Source of the DNA: Parcubacteria group bacterium CG2_30_36_38
Lineage (GTDB): Bacteria; Patescibacteriota; Patescibacteriia; UBA2591; CG2-30-36-38
Direction of reading: 5' to 3'
DNA: 35,596 bases
NCBI GenBank assembly: GCA_001873465.1
Contig: MNZE01000036.1
Coordinates: 1 to 35,596 of the forward strand
Below are positions 25,295-33,265 of this stretch, piece after piece; position 1 is the first letter of the stretch, and every line of letters begins with the position of its first letter. Below the pieces are notes generated by a model that did not search any database, was not told where the DNA came from, and worked only from the letters and a program-made list of their open reading frames with translations. The position numbers and the translations under genes were made by a program.

Positions 25295-26380
25295 ATGATG
25301 AAAAGAAAAAGGATTCCCTTTAAAAAAATCAAAAAATTGCTAGATCCGGATTTTATAAATAAATTTTTTAATAAGCGCTACAGGCGATATTATAAAGAAG
25401 CGAAAGGATGTCGTTTTTTAGGAATTAAAAAAATAAAGCGATTTGCAGGAGGAAAATCGATTTCCGCTTCTTATTTTTTAAAATTAAAAATTGGCAAGGA
25501 GGAAAAAATAAAAATAATCGACGGCCGGGCTCGTCAACGTCTCTTTACTGACGAGAATAATCCTCAAAGGCATTATCTAGTCTTGAAGCATCTCTATACT
25601 AAAAATTTTAGCCGTGAAGTGCCGAGGCCCCTTGATTATCAAAAGCCATACAATCTTCTTCTTTACGAAGAAGTTGAGGGAGAGGCGTTGCAGCAGAAAT
25701 TGATGAGAGGTGAAATAAGTTTTGTTTTAAGCTTTATTCCTAAAATTGTTTTTTGGTTGAGGAAACTTCATCGGGAAAATTTATTAAAAGGCAGACTGGC
25801 GGCTCTGGAAGGAAGCAACAGAATTCTCCTGCGAGACAAAAAAGTAGAGGCGAAAGAAATGCGTCATGCTCTCTTTTTAACCAAGAAATTCTATCCTCAA
25901 GGAACACTTTCGGTCAAAAAAGTCGTAGAGAAATTAAATAAATTGCGGCGAAAGAAAAAAAATTGGTTTTTGGAAAAAGAAAATTATGCTCTTTGTCATT
26001 ATGATGTTCATTTCGGCAATTTTTTAACTAGCGATCGCCAATTGAAAGTTATTGATTTTAGTGATGCTTGTTTTTATGATCCGTTGGCAGACCTCGCTTG
26101 TTTTTTGGTTCAAACTGAATCAATGCTTGAATATTATCAGAGAAAAAAAGCAAAAATAATTTTGCCAAGAATTAAGAATCAAATTATTAATCTATATTTT
26201 AAACGCCAACCAGAGAGAAGAGAGATTTTTCGACTTAAATATTTTGAGATCCGGCGTCTCGTTTCGATGTTTACTAGTTTAATTTTTGTTGAGGGCGAAG
26301 AAAAAAATAAAAAATTGATGTTAGATGATTTTAAGAAGAAAATATCATTAAAATTTAAGCAAATAGAAGGAACTTTATGA
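25295..26380 (+). CDS. Aminoglycoside-phosphotransferase-fold (APH/choline-kinase-like) kinase
   Basis: It has the catalytic loop LCHYDVHFGNFL (HxDxxxxN) and the metal-binding VIDFSDACFYDPLADLA. I prefer the ATG at 25295, 8 nt after the GH57 stop, over the track start at 25163, which would overlap GH57 by 125 nt. Confidence 0.75.
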   Translation: MMKRKRIPFKKIKKLLDPDFINKFFNKRYRRYYKEAKGCRFLGIKKIKRFAGGKSISASYFLKLKIGKEEKIKIIDGRARQRLFTDENNPQRHYLVLKHLYTKNFSREVPRPLDYQKPYNLLLYEEVEGEALQQKLMRGEISFVLSFIPKIVFWLRKLHRENLLKGRLAALEGSNRILLRDKKVEAKEMRHALFLTKKFYPQGTLSVKKVVEKLNKLRRKKKNWFLEKENYALCHYDVHFGNFLTSDRQLKVIDFSDACFYDPLADLACFLVQTESMLEYYQRKKAKIILPRIKNQIINLYFKRQPERREIFRLKYFEIRRLVSMFTSLIFVEGEEKNKKLMLDDFKKKISLKFKQIEGTL

Positions 26381-27870
26381 AAATTTTATTTATTGCCTCA
26401 GAACTTAACCCCTTGGCTAAAGTTGGTGGCTTAGGAGACGTGGCTGGCGCCCTGCCTTTAGCTTTGAAAAAATTGGGGGCGGATATTAGGATCGCCTTGC
26501 CTAAATATGGGGTGATTGATGAAAAAAAATATCCTTGTGAATTGGTTGCCAAAGATATTAAAATAAAGATTGGTCGAGAAGAAGAAAAAATCAATCTTTA
26601 CAAAACTGAATTAGGCGAAGAAAAAGTAATTGTTTATTTAATTGATAATAAAAAATATTTAGGCGAGGACGGAGTTTATTTTGAGAAAACCGCTTTTTGC
26701 GGCTCTTTTGCCGAAATAAAGCGGTTTTTATTTTTTACCCATGCTGTTTTTTCTTTAATAGAAAAACTTGATTGGCAGCCGGAAATAATTCATTGTAATG
26801 ATTGGCATACGTCATTTTTGCCGGTCTTCCTAAAAATGAAATCAAAAATAAAAGATAAAAAATTAAAAACATTGTTAACTATTCATAATTTAGCCAATCA
26901 AGGGAGATGGAACGCCCAGGAAATTTTTGATTTTTTAGGACTTAAAGGCGATGAAACAGAAAGCCTTGGAAAAAGACAATTAGGTTCATACGGCGAAGAT
27001 CTTAATTTAATGCAGCAAGGGATTTTAAACGCTGATTTTATTAATACGGTGAGTCCAACTTACGCCAGAGAAATTCTGACCAAACCTTATTTTGGCCGTG
27101 GGTTTAAAGAAACTTTATTAAAAAGAAGAAATAATTTTGTTGGAATTCTAAACGGCTTAGATACAGAAACTTTTAATCCGGAGACAGATCCTTATATAAA
27201 AAGAAATTATTCTTTTAGAAATCCAGAAATAAAAAAAGAGAATAAAATCTATTTGGAAAAAAAGTTGGGTTTAAAAGTCGATCCTGATGTCCCTCTTTTT
27301 GCCTTGGTCTCAAGGCTGACCTTCCAGAAGGGGATTGAGTTAGTGGTCAATGGTCTAAAAAATCTTAGAGATTTTGATTTTCGAGCAGTTTTTTTAGGCG
27401 TTGGTGAAGAGCGATATGAGGAATCTATTAAAAATTTAGCCAAAAAATTTCCGGGCAAAATTGCAGCTGAGATTAAATATGATTCTCAATTAGCTCAGGA
27501 AATTTATGCTGGAGCTGATTTTTTTCTGATGCCATCAAAATTTGAACCGTGCGGCTTGACTCAATTGATTGCTTTGCGTTATGGCGCTATCCCGATTGTC
27601 AGAAGAGTTGGCGGACTGGCTGACACAATTAAAAACATAAGGGTTAAAAAGAGATTTTTAAATTTTTTAAAAAGAATAGAAGGCAATGGTTTCGTCTTGC
27701 GGGAATATGATGCAGACAAGTTTGTTAAGGTTTTAAAAAGAGCAACTTCTTTTTATCAAAATAAAGATCTATGGCGTAGATTGCAAATAAAAGCAATGGA
27801 AGAAGACCATTCCTGGCAACAGTCAGCCGGGGAATATTTAGAGCTTTATGAAAAAATATTGCAAACTTAG
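26377..27870 (+). CDS. glgA: Glycogen/starch synthase (GT5), paralog 2
   Basis: 497 aa: MKILFIASELNPLAKVGGLGDV, HCNDWHTSF, TIHNLANQG and PSKFEPCGLTQLIALRYGAIPIVRRVGGLADTI. There is a 4-nt start/stop overlap with the kinase gene. Confidence 0.9.
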   Translation: MKILFIASELNPLAKVGGLGDVAGALPLALKKLGADIRIALPKYGVIDEKKYPCELVAKDIKIKIGREEEKINLYKTELGEEKVIVYLIDNKKYLGEDGVYFEKTAFCGSFAEIKRFLFFTHAVFSLIEKLDWQPEIIHCNDWHTSFLPVFLKMKSKIKDKKLKTLLTIHNLANQGRWNAQEIFDFLGLKGDETESLGKRQLGSYGEDLNLMQQGILNADFINTVSPTYAREILTKPYFGRGFKETLLKRRNNFVGILNGLDTETFNPETDPYIKRNYSFRNPEIKKENKIYLEKKLGLKVDPDVPLFALVSRLTFQKGIELVVNGLKNLRDFDFRAVFLGVGEERYEESIKNLAKKFPGKIAAEIKYDSQLAQEIYAGADFFLMPSKFEPCGLTQLIALRYGAIPIVRRVGGLADTIKNIRVKKRFLNFLKRIEGNGFVLREYDADKFVKVLKRATSFYQNKDLWRRLQIKAMEEDHSWQQSAGEYLELYEKILQT

Positions 27871-27891
27871 GGTTTGGCTTTACAGAATAAG

Positions 27892-27930
27892 AAGGCCTTT
27901 AGTATAGCTTTGTACTAGAGGCCTTTTTTT
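27892..27930 (+). terminator. Rho-independent terminator after glgA paralog 2
   Basis: An interrupted stem (AAGGCCT.TAGTA ... TACTA.AGGCCTT) is followed by TTTTTTT. Confidence 0.7.
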
Positions 27931-27942
27931 ATTAATTTTATT

Positions 27943-27970
27943 TTGACTTTTTTTGTTTTTTTAGTATAAT
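27943..27970 (+). promoter_or_regulatory. Consensus promoter abutting the MBL-fold gene (leaderless candidate)
   Basis: TTGACT-16nt-TATAAT, then 7 nt (ataaagt) before the ATG at 27978. There is no SD. Confidence 0.55.
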
Positions 27971-27977
27971 ATAAAGT

Positions 27978-28613
27978 ATGCAAATTTATTGGTACGGAGA
28001 AACATGCTTCAAAATACAAAATAGCGACAGAACTATTTTAATTAATCCTGATTCCCCGAGAAAAGCAGGTTTAAGAGGGCCAAATTTTAAGTCAGATCTT
28101 CTGCTTTTATCCGACCCAAACGAAGAAAAAGAGACAGAGAAGAAAATCACTGACGAGACCTTTTTAATCAGCGCCCCAGGAGAATATGAAGTCAAGGGTG
28201 TTTTTATTGAAGGCATTCCTTTTAAAAGTCAAAAGAAAACGACAACCCTTTATCGACTTGTTTTTGATGAGATAAGTTTTGGTTTCTTAGGTCCAATCGA
28301 CGATTTGTTAGAAGATGAGCAAGTAGAAAAGCTCGGCACAATTGATGTTCTTTTTTTGCCAGTGGGCGGCGGAGACGTACTTGAAAGCAAAACAGCTGAA
28401 AAAGTTTTAAATTCTATTGAACCGAAAATAGTTATTCCTCACTCTTATCAAGTCCCTGGTCTTAAAACTAGTCGTGACAAAATAGAAAGTTTTTTAAAAA
28501 AATTAGGCAAGAAAGAGATAGAAGCGATAGAAAAATTTTCTTTAAGCAAGAAGGAATTATTACAAAATTTTTCCAAGGAAGAAATAATAATTTTACAGCC
28601 TAAAGTTTTATGA
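27978..28613 (+). CDS. MBL-fold (UPF0173-like) protein lacking the HxHxDH metal motif
   Basis: 211 aa. The N-terminus MQIYWYGETCFKIQ...ILINPD resembles the UPF0173/YtkL-type MBL hydrolases. The position of the His motif reads LLLSDPNEEK. Confidence 0.55.
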   Translation: MQIYWYGETCFKIQNSDRTILINPDSPRKAGLRGPNFKSDLLLLSDPNEEKETEKKITDETFLISAPGEYEVKGVFIEGIPFKSQKKTTTLYRLVFDEISFGFLGPIDDLLEDEQVEKLGTIDVLFLPVGGGDVLESKTAEKVLNSIEPKIVIPHSYQVPGLKTSRDKIESFLKKLGKKEIEAIEKFSLSKKELLQNFSKEEIIILQPKVL

Positions 28614-28921
28614 CGGGAAAGCCATTAGTTTGGATTTTGATTATTGCTATTATGGCGACGATTTTCATTTTTTGGCTTCGTAATTTAAATCTTCTTTTTT
28701 TTCAGTCATCATCAGTAAAAGAAGAGCCGCTTTTTTCTTTGTTTAAAGAGGGGTACGACGAGACAAGAGATATTTTTCGTGAGTTGGGCAAGCGGCTCGA
28801 AGGAACGCAGATTGCTTCTGTCTCCTCTACTTCTTCTGTTTCCTCTTCAGAGGAGGCCTTGACCGAAGAGCAAATAAAAATTTTAAAAGAAAAAATTTTA
28901 GAGAAATATGAAAAAAAATAA
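28610..28921 (+). CDS. Hypothetical membrane-anchored protein
   Basis: 103 aa with one N-terminal TM helix, a Ser-rich linker and a charged C-terminus. It overlaps both neighbours (4 nt and 14 nt). Confidence 0.5.
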   Translation: MTGKPLVWILIIAIMATIFIFWLRNLNLLFFQSSSVKEEPLFSLFKEGYDETRDIFRELGKRLEGTQIASVSSTSSVSSSEEALTEEQIKILKEKILEKYEKK

Positions 28922-31900
28922 ACCCCGACGCCTAAAGGGGTCGGGGCTCCGACCGAGAGCGTCGGAGGAAATTATAAAAAAAGAAGCTATAAATGCTTCA
29001 ATTAAAGAAGAAATGCAATCTTCTTATTTAGATTACGCCATGTCAGTGATAGTCTCGCGTGCCCTGCCCGATGCCCGGGATGGTCTGAAACCAGTTCAGA
29101 GAAGAATTTTATACACTATGCATAGAATGGGATTAAGCTCAGAAGCCAAGTTTAGAAAAGCGGCAGCCGTGGTTGGCGATACCCTTGGTCGTTTCCACCC
29201 ACATGGCGACATTTCCGTTTATAATTCCATGGTCAGGATGGCTCAAAATTTTTCTTTGCGCTATCCGTTAGTTGAAGCGCAGGGCAATGTGGGTTGTTTC
29301 ACGGCTGATACTAGGGTGAAACTTACAGACGGCAGAGATTTATCGTTCGCAGAGCTAGTGAAAGAGTACAAAGAGGGAAAGAGAAACTTTACCTTTACGG
29401 TTGACGAGAATGGGACGGTGAAGATAGCAGAGATAAAAAATCCCAGGATGACAAAAAAGAACGCAGAAATAATGAAAGTTGTTTTAGATAATGGGGAAGA
29501 GATAAAATGTACTCTTAGCCATAAATTTATGCTGAAATCTGGAGCAAAAGCAGGATTTGTTTATAAAGAAGCTAGAAATTTAAAACCAGGAGATTCTCTT
29601 ATGCCAGCATACTTTAGATTTTCTACCGGAGAAGACGATCCTAATATGATTGGTTATAATATGATTCTCCAGCCGAAATTAAATTTTTGGAATTTTGTTC
29701 ATATCCTTTCAGACAGTTGGAATATTGAGAATAAGATATATGAAAGATCAAGGGGAAGAATTAGACACCATCTTGATTTTAATAAGTTAAACAATAACCC
29801 AGAAAACATTCAAAGGATGGGCTGGAAAGAGCACTGGCAATCTCATTATAATTTGACTTCTCTAAGACATATCAATGACGAAAATTATAAAGCTAAACTC
29901 GCAGAAGGTAGGAGAAAATTTTGGGCGGAAGAAAAAAACAGAAAAATTTTTTCTCAAAGAATAAGAGGAAGAAATATTTTAAATTGGAAAAAGAAAGAAT
30001 ATCGTGAACGAATGAGAATTTTTTTAAGCGAAGTTAACAAAAAATATTTTAGAGAGCATCCTGAGGCTATTCAGAGAATCAGCAGAACAGCATCAAAAAC
30101 AATGAGAAGATTGTGGCAAAATCCAAAATATAAAAGATTATTTCATGAAAAGATTGTAGAGAGCAATAGAAACAGGAAGGGGAAGACAAATTCAAGTGGC
30201 AAAAAGAAATTCTTAAAAATATGTCATTATCTTAATGATAGAAATATAATTTTAAATAAAGATAACTTTGAGAAAGCAAGAAAGAGCGTATTCGGAATAA
30301 AAAGTTTTACTAGTTGGAACTTGGGCATTGCGAAACATTACAACAGAGATATTAATTTATTGTCATCTAAGATTAATAGAAATCACAAAGTAGTAAGAGT
30401 AGAATTTTTAAAAGAGTTTGCAAATGTTTATGACTTGACAATAGAAAAAACGCATAACTTTGCTTTATCTGCCGGTGTTTTCGTCCACAACTCGATTGAT
30501 GGTGATCCACCAAGCGCCATGCGTTATCTTGAGGCAAAATTATCTAAAGCAGGCGAAGAAATGTTGATTGATCTTGAAAAAGAAACGGTTTCTTTTGTGC
30601 CTAATTATGATGGGACACAACAAGAACCGACGGTTCTGCCGGCCGGCATACCCAATCTTCTTTTAAATGGCGCGATGGGCATCGCGGTTGGTATGGCTAC
30701 CAGCATCCCGCCTCATAATTTAAATGAGACTTGTGACGCTCTCGTTTACTTACTTCTTCACCCTGAAGCAGAAATAGACGAGATTTTTCAATTTGTTAAA
30801 GGGCCAGACTTCCCAACTGGCGGAATCATTTTTAATCTTAAACAAATTAAAGAAGCTTATGCCGCTGGACGAGGGGCGGTAACAGTAAGGGCTAAGACAG
30901 AGATAGAAGAAGGAGAAAAAGGCGAGACTATCATTATTAAAGAGATCCCCTATCAGATTAATAAAGCAGAGCTGCTTCTTAAAATAGCTGATTTGGTAAA
31001 AGAAAAACGCCTAGAAGGCGTGCGAGACATCCGGGACGAATCAACGGAGGAAGGGGTGAGAGTGGTGATTGAATTAAAAAAAGACGTTTCAGCCGAGAAG
31101 ATTTTAAATCAGCTTTTTGAATTAACCAACCTGCAAACAAACTTTAATCTTAATTTTGTAGCGCTTGAATCAGGTATCCAGCCAAGACTTTTCGGCTTTA
31201 AAGAATTATTAGTTAGTTATCTTTCTTGGCGGAAAGAGGTTGTTAGAAAAAGAACAGAGTTTGAGCTGAAGAAGACAGAAGAGCGGCTGCATATTTTAGA
31301 AGGGTTTCTTATTGCTTTAGTCAATATTGACAAGGTCGTTTCCTTAATTAGGCACTCTAAAGACAGAAAAGAAGCAAAGGACGGCTTGATGAAAAAGTTT
31401 AAGCTTTCAGGTCGCCAGACCGAAGCCATTTTAGAAATGAGGCTCCATCAGTTAGCTGGGCTGGAGCGGTTGGAGATAGAGAATGAAGCAAAAGAAAAGA
31501 AAAAACTAGAGAAAGAATTAAAAATTTTATTAGCTGATCCTAAAAAAATTTTTGCCAAAATTAAAGAGGAACTGAGGATTTTAAAAGAAAAATATCCAGA
31601 AAAAAGAAGAACAGAAATCAAAGAAAAAGGGGTTGATATATTGAAAGAAGAAGACTTAATTATTGACAAGCCAGTGCTTATTGCCATCACAGTTGATGAT
31701 TATATAAAAAGATTGCCGCCCGATGTTTTTAAAGTTCAGATGCGCGGAGGTAAGGGCATTTCAGGTTTTGAAATTAAAGAAGAAGATAAAATTAAAAAAA
31801 TTCTTTTTACCAACTTGCATTCAGACATCTTGTTTTTTACCAATAAAGGAAAAATATTTTCTTTAAAAGCCTATGAGATTCCTGAAACAAGCAGGGAAAG

Positions 31901-32606
31901 CAAAGGAAAGGCGTTGATCAATTTTTTATCTTTGAGTCCCGGCGAAATGGTTTTAGAAATTCTCAGAGCAAAGTCAATCGCTGATTTTTCTTATTTGATT
32001 ATAGCGACAAAATTTGGTATAATAAAAAAAATTGCGACAAAACTTTTAACCAATATCAGGAAATCGGGCTTAAACATTATCAGACTTAAAAAAGACGATT
32101 CTTTAGTAGAGGCAATTTTCTGCGAGAAAACTGACGAAATATTTTTAATCTCGTCCAGCGGTCAATCTATTCGTTTTAAAGAAGAAAATGTGCGGCCAAT
32201 GGGCAGAACAGCGACGGGCGTACGAGGCGTTACACTCAAAAAAGATGATTATTTAGAAGGGCTGGCGAGGACTCGCAAAGACAAAATAAAAGAAAATTAT
32301 CTTTTAATTATTACGGAGAACGGTTTTGGGAAAATGAGTCCTCTTAAAGAATATCGTTTGCAGACACGAGGCGGTAGTGGGGTAAAGACGGCAAAAATTA
32401 CTGCTAAGACCGGAAAAATAATTGCTTCTTTAATTCTTGAAGAGAAAGAAAGAGAAGAGAAAGACTTGATACTTATTTCAAGGCAAGGCGTTCTTTTGCG
32501 TCTCCCCTTGGCGCAGGTGCCAAAGATGGGGCGGCAAACGCAGGGCGTCAAATTGATGAGATTTAAAAAAGAAGGAGATAGAGTTGCTTCAATGGTTATA
32601 GTGTAA
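28908..32606 (+). CDS. gyrA: DNA gyrase subunit A precursor, interrupted in-frame by an intein (1232 aa; about 833 aa after splicing)
   Basis: [37 protein letters not shown] and the catalytic-Tyr motif [10 protein letters not shown] are present. The C-terminus has beta-pinwheel repeats ([28 protein letters not shown]). The insert lies between GNVG and SIDGD. Confidence 0.95.
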   Translation: MKKNKPRRLKGSGLRPRASEEIIKKEAINASIKEEMQSSYLDYAMSVIVSRALPDARDGLKPVQRRILYTMHRMGLSSEAKFRKAAAVVGDTLGRFHPHGDISVYNSMVRMAQNFSLRYPLVEAQGNVGCFTADTRVKLTDGRDLSFAELVKEYKEGKRNFTFTVDENGTVKIAEIKNPRMTKKNAEIMKVVLDNGEEIKCTLSHKFMLKSGAKAGFVYKEARNLKPGDSLMPAYFRFSTGEDDPNMIGYNMILQPKLNFWNFVHILSDSWNIENKIYERSRGRIRHHLDFNKLNNNPENIQRMGWKEHWQSHYNLTSLRHINDENYKAKLAEGRRKFWAEEKNRKIFSQRIRGRNILNWKKKEYRERMRIFLSEVNKKYFREHPEAIQRISRTASKTMRRLWQNPKYKRLFHEKIVESNRNRKGKTNSSGKKKFLKICHYLNDRNIILNKDNFEKARKSVFGIKSFTSWNLGIAKHYNRDINLLSSKINRNHKVVRVEFLKEFANVYDLTIEKTHNFALSAGVFVHNSIDGDPPSAMRYLEAKLSKAGEEMLIDLEKETVSFVPNYDGTQQEPTVLPAGIPNLLLNGAMGIAVGMATSIPPHNLNETCDALVYLLLHPEAEIDEIFQFVKGPDFPTGGIIFNLKQIKEAYAAGRGAVTVRAKTEIEEGEKGETIIIKEIPYQINKAELLLKIADLVKEKRLEGVRDIRDESTEEGVRVVIELKKDVSAEKILNQLFELTNLQTNFNLNFVALESGIQPRLFGFKELLVSYLSWRKEVVRKRTEFELKKTEERLHILEGFLIALVNIDKVVSLIRHSKDRKEAKDGLMKKFKLSGRQTEAILEMRLHQLAGLERLEIENEAKEKKKLEKELKILLADPKKIFAKIKEELRILKEKYPEKRRTEIKEKGVDILKEEDLIIDKPVLIAITVDDYIKRLPPDVFKVQMRGGKGISGFEIKEEDKIKKILFTNLHSDILFFTNKGKIFSLKAYEIPETSRESKGKALINFLSLSPGEMVLEILRAKSIADFSYLIIATKFGIIKKIATKLLTNIRKSGLNIIRLKKDDSLVEAIFCEKTDEIFLISSSGQSIRFKEENVRPMGRTATGVRGVTLKKDDYLEGLARTRKDKIKENYLLIITENGFGKMSPLKEYRLQTRGGSGVKTAKITAKTGKIIASLILEEKEREEKDLILISRQGVLLRLPLAQVPKMGRQTQGVKLMRFKKEGDRVASMVIV
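29295..30491 (+). mobile_element. GyrA intein with HNH-type endonuclease domain (399 aa, Cys1 ... His-Asn / Ser+1)
   Basis: Block A is [13 protein letters not shown] and block B is [11 protein letters not shown]. The HNH motif is [30 protein letters not shown] (about nt 29755-29848). Block F is [17 protein letters not shown] and block G is VFVHN, followed by S. The boundaries are codon-aligned with the gyrA frame. Confidence 0.9.
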
Positions 32607-32617
32607 CATTAATATTT

Positions 32618-33265
32618 ATGCAAGATTTAATTCAACAACTTATCAATGACAATTATTTAAAGACGCCGGAGATTATTCAAGCTTTTAAAAAAATCAAAAG
32701 ACAAGATTTTGTACCGTCAGAACTAGAAATGGAATCAACAGGAAACTATCCTTTGCCCATTGGTTATGGCCAAACTATTTCTCAGCCCTTAACCATCGCT
32801 TTTATGATGGAGTTATTAGCTCTTGAGAGAGGCTGGAAAGTATTGGATGTCGGTAGCGGCTCTGGCTATACAACCGCCCTATTTTGTGAGATCGTCGGTA
32901 AAGAAGGAAAAGTATTTGCTATTGAGCGCATTGATGAACTAAGAAAATTCGGCGAGGACAATGTCAGAAAATATAATTTTGTAGAAGAAGGTAGGGCTGT
33001 TTTTATTACTGGCGATGGCACGAAAGGAATAAAAAAAGAAGCCCCGTTTAACGCTATCCATGTCGGAGCGGCCGCAGTTGATGTCCCGGAAGCTTTACTT
33101 GACCAACTGAGTATTGGCGGGAGAATGGTTATCCCCTTAGGCTATCAGACTCAAGAAATAACTTTAATAGAAAAAATTACTTCAAAAAGATTTAAGGAAA
33201 AAAGATTTCCTGGTTTTACTTTTGTCCCCTTAATTAAGGGGTTGCCGGGGAAAAATAAAATATGA
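32618..33265 (+). CDS. pcm: Protein-L-isoaspartate O-methyltransferase
   Basis: 215 aa: PIGYGQTISQPLTIAFMMELL, VLDVGSGSGYTTA and the C-terminal FVPL. Confidence 0.9.
   Translation: MQDLIQQLINDNYLKTPEIIQAFKKIKRQDFVPSELEMESTGNYPLPIGYGQTISQPLTIAFMMELLALERGWKVLDVGSGSGYTTALFCEIVGKEGKVFAIERIDELRKFGEDNVRKYNFVEEGRAVFITGDGTKGIKKEAPFNAIHVGAAAVDVPEALLDQLSIGGRMVIPLGYQTQEITLIEKITSKRFKEKRFPGFTFVPLIKGLPGKNKI

Noticed and set aside
31217-31690. Antisense ORFs in gyrA (31217-31429, 31448-31690, 32297-32551). There are similar ones in rpsA (8093-8317), ftsH (8733-8996, 9220-9420), dnaN (13525-13868), the methyltransferase gene (17793-18365) and glgA (23494-23760, 27249-27458).
   Set aside because: They are Ser/Phe/Leu/Ile-rich mirror-frame translations of Lys/Glu-rich genes. 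They have no start-site signals and each is embedded in a confidently identified gene.
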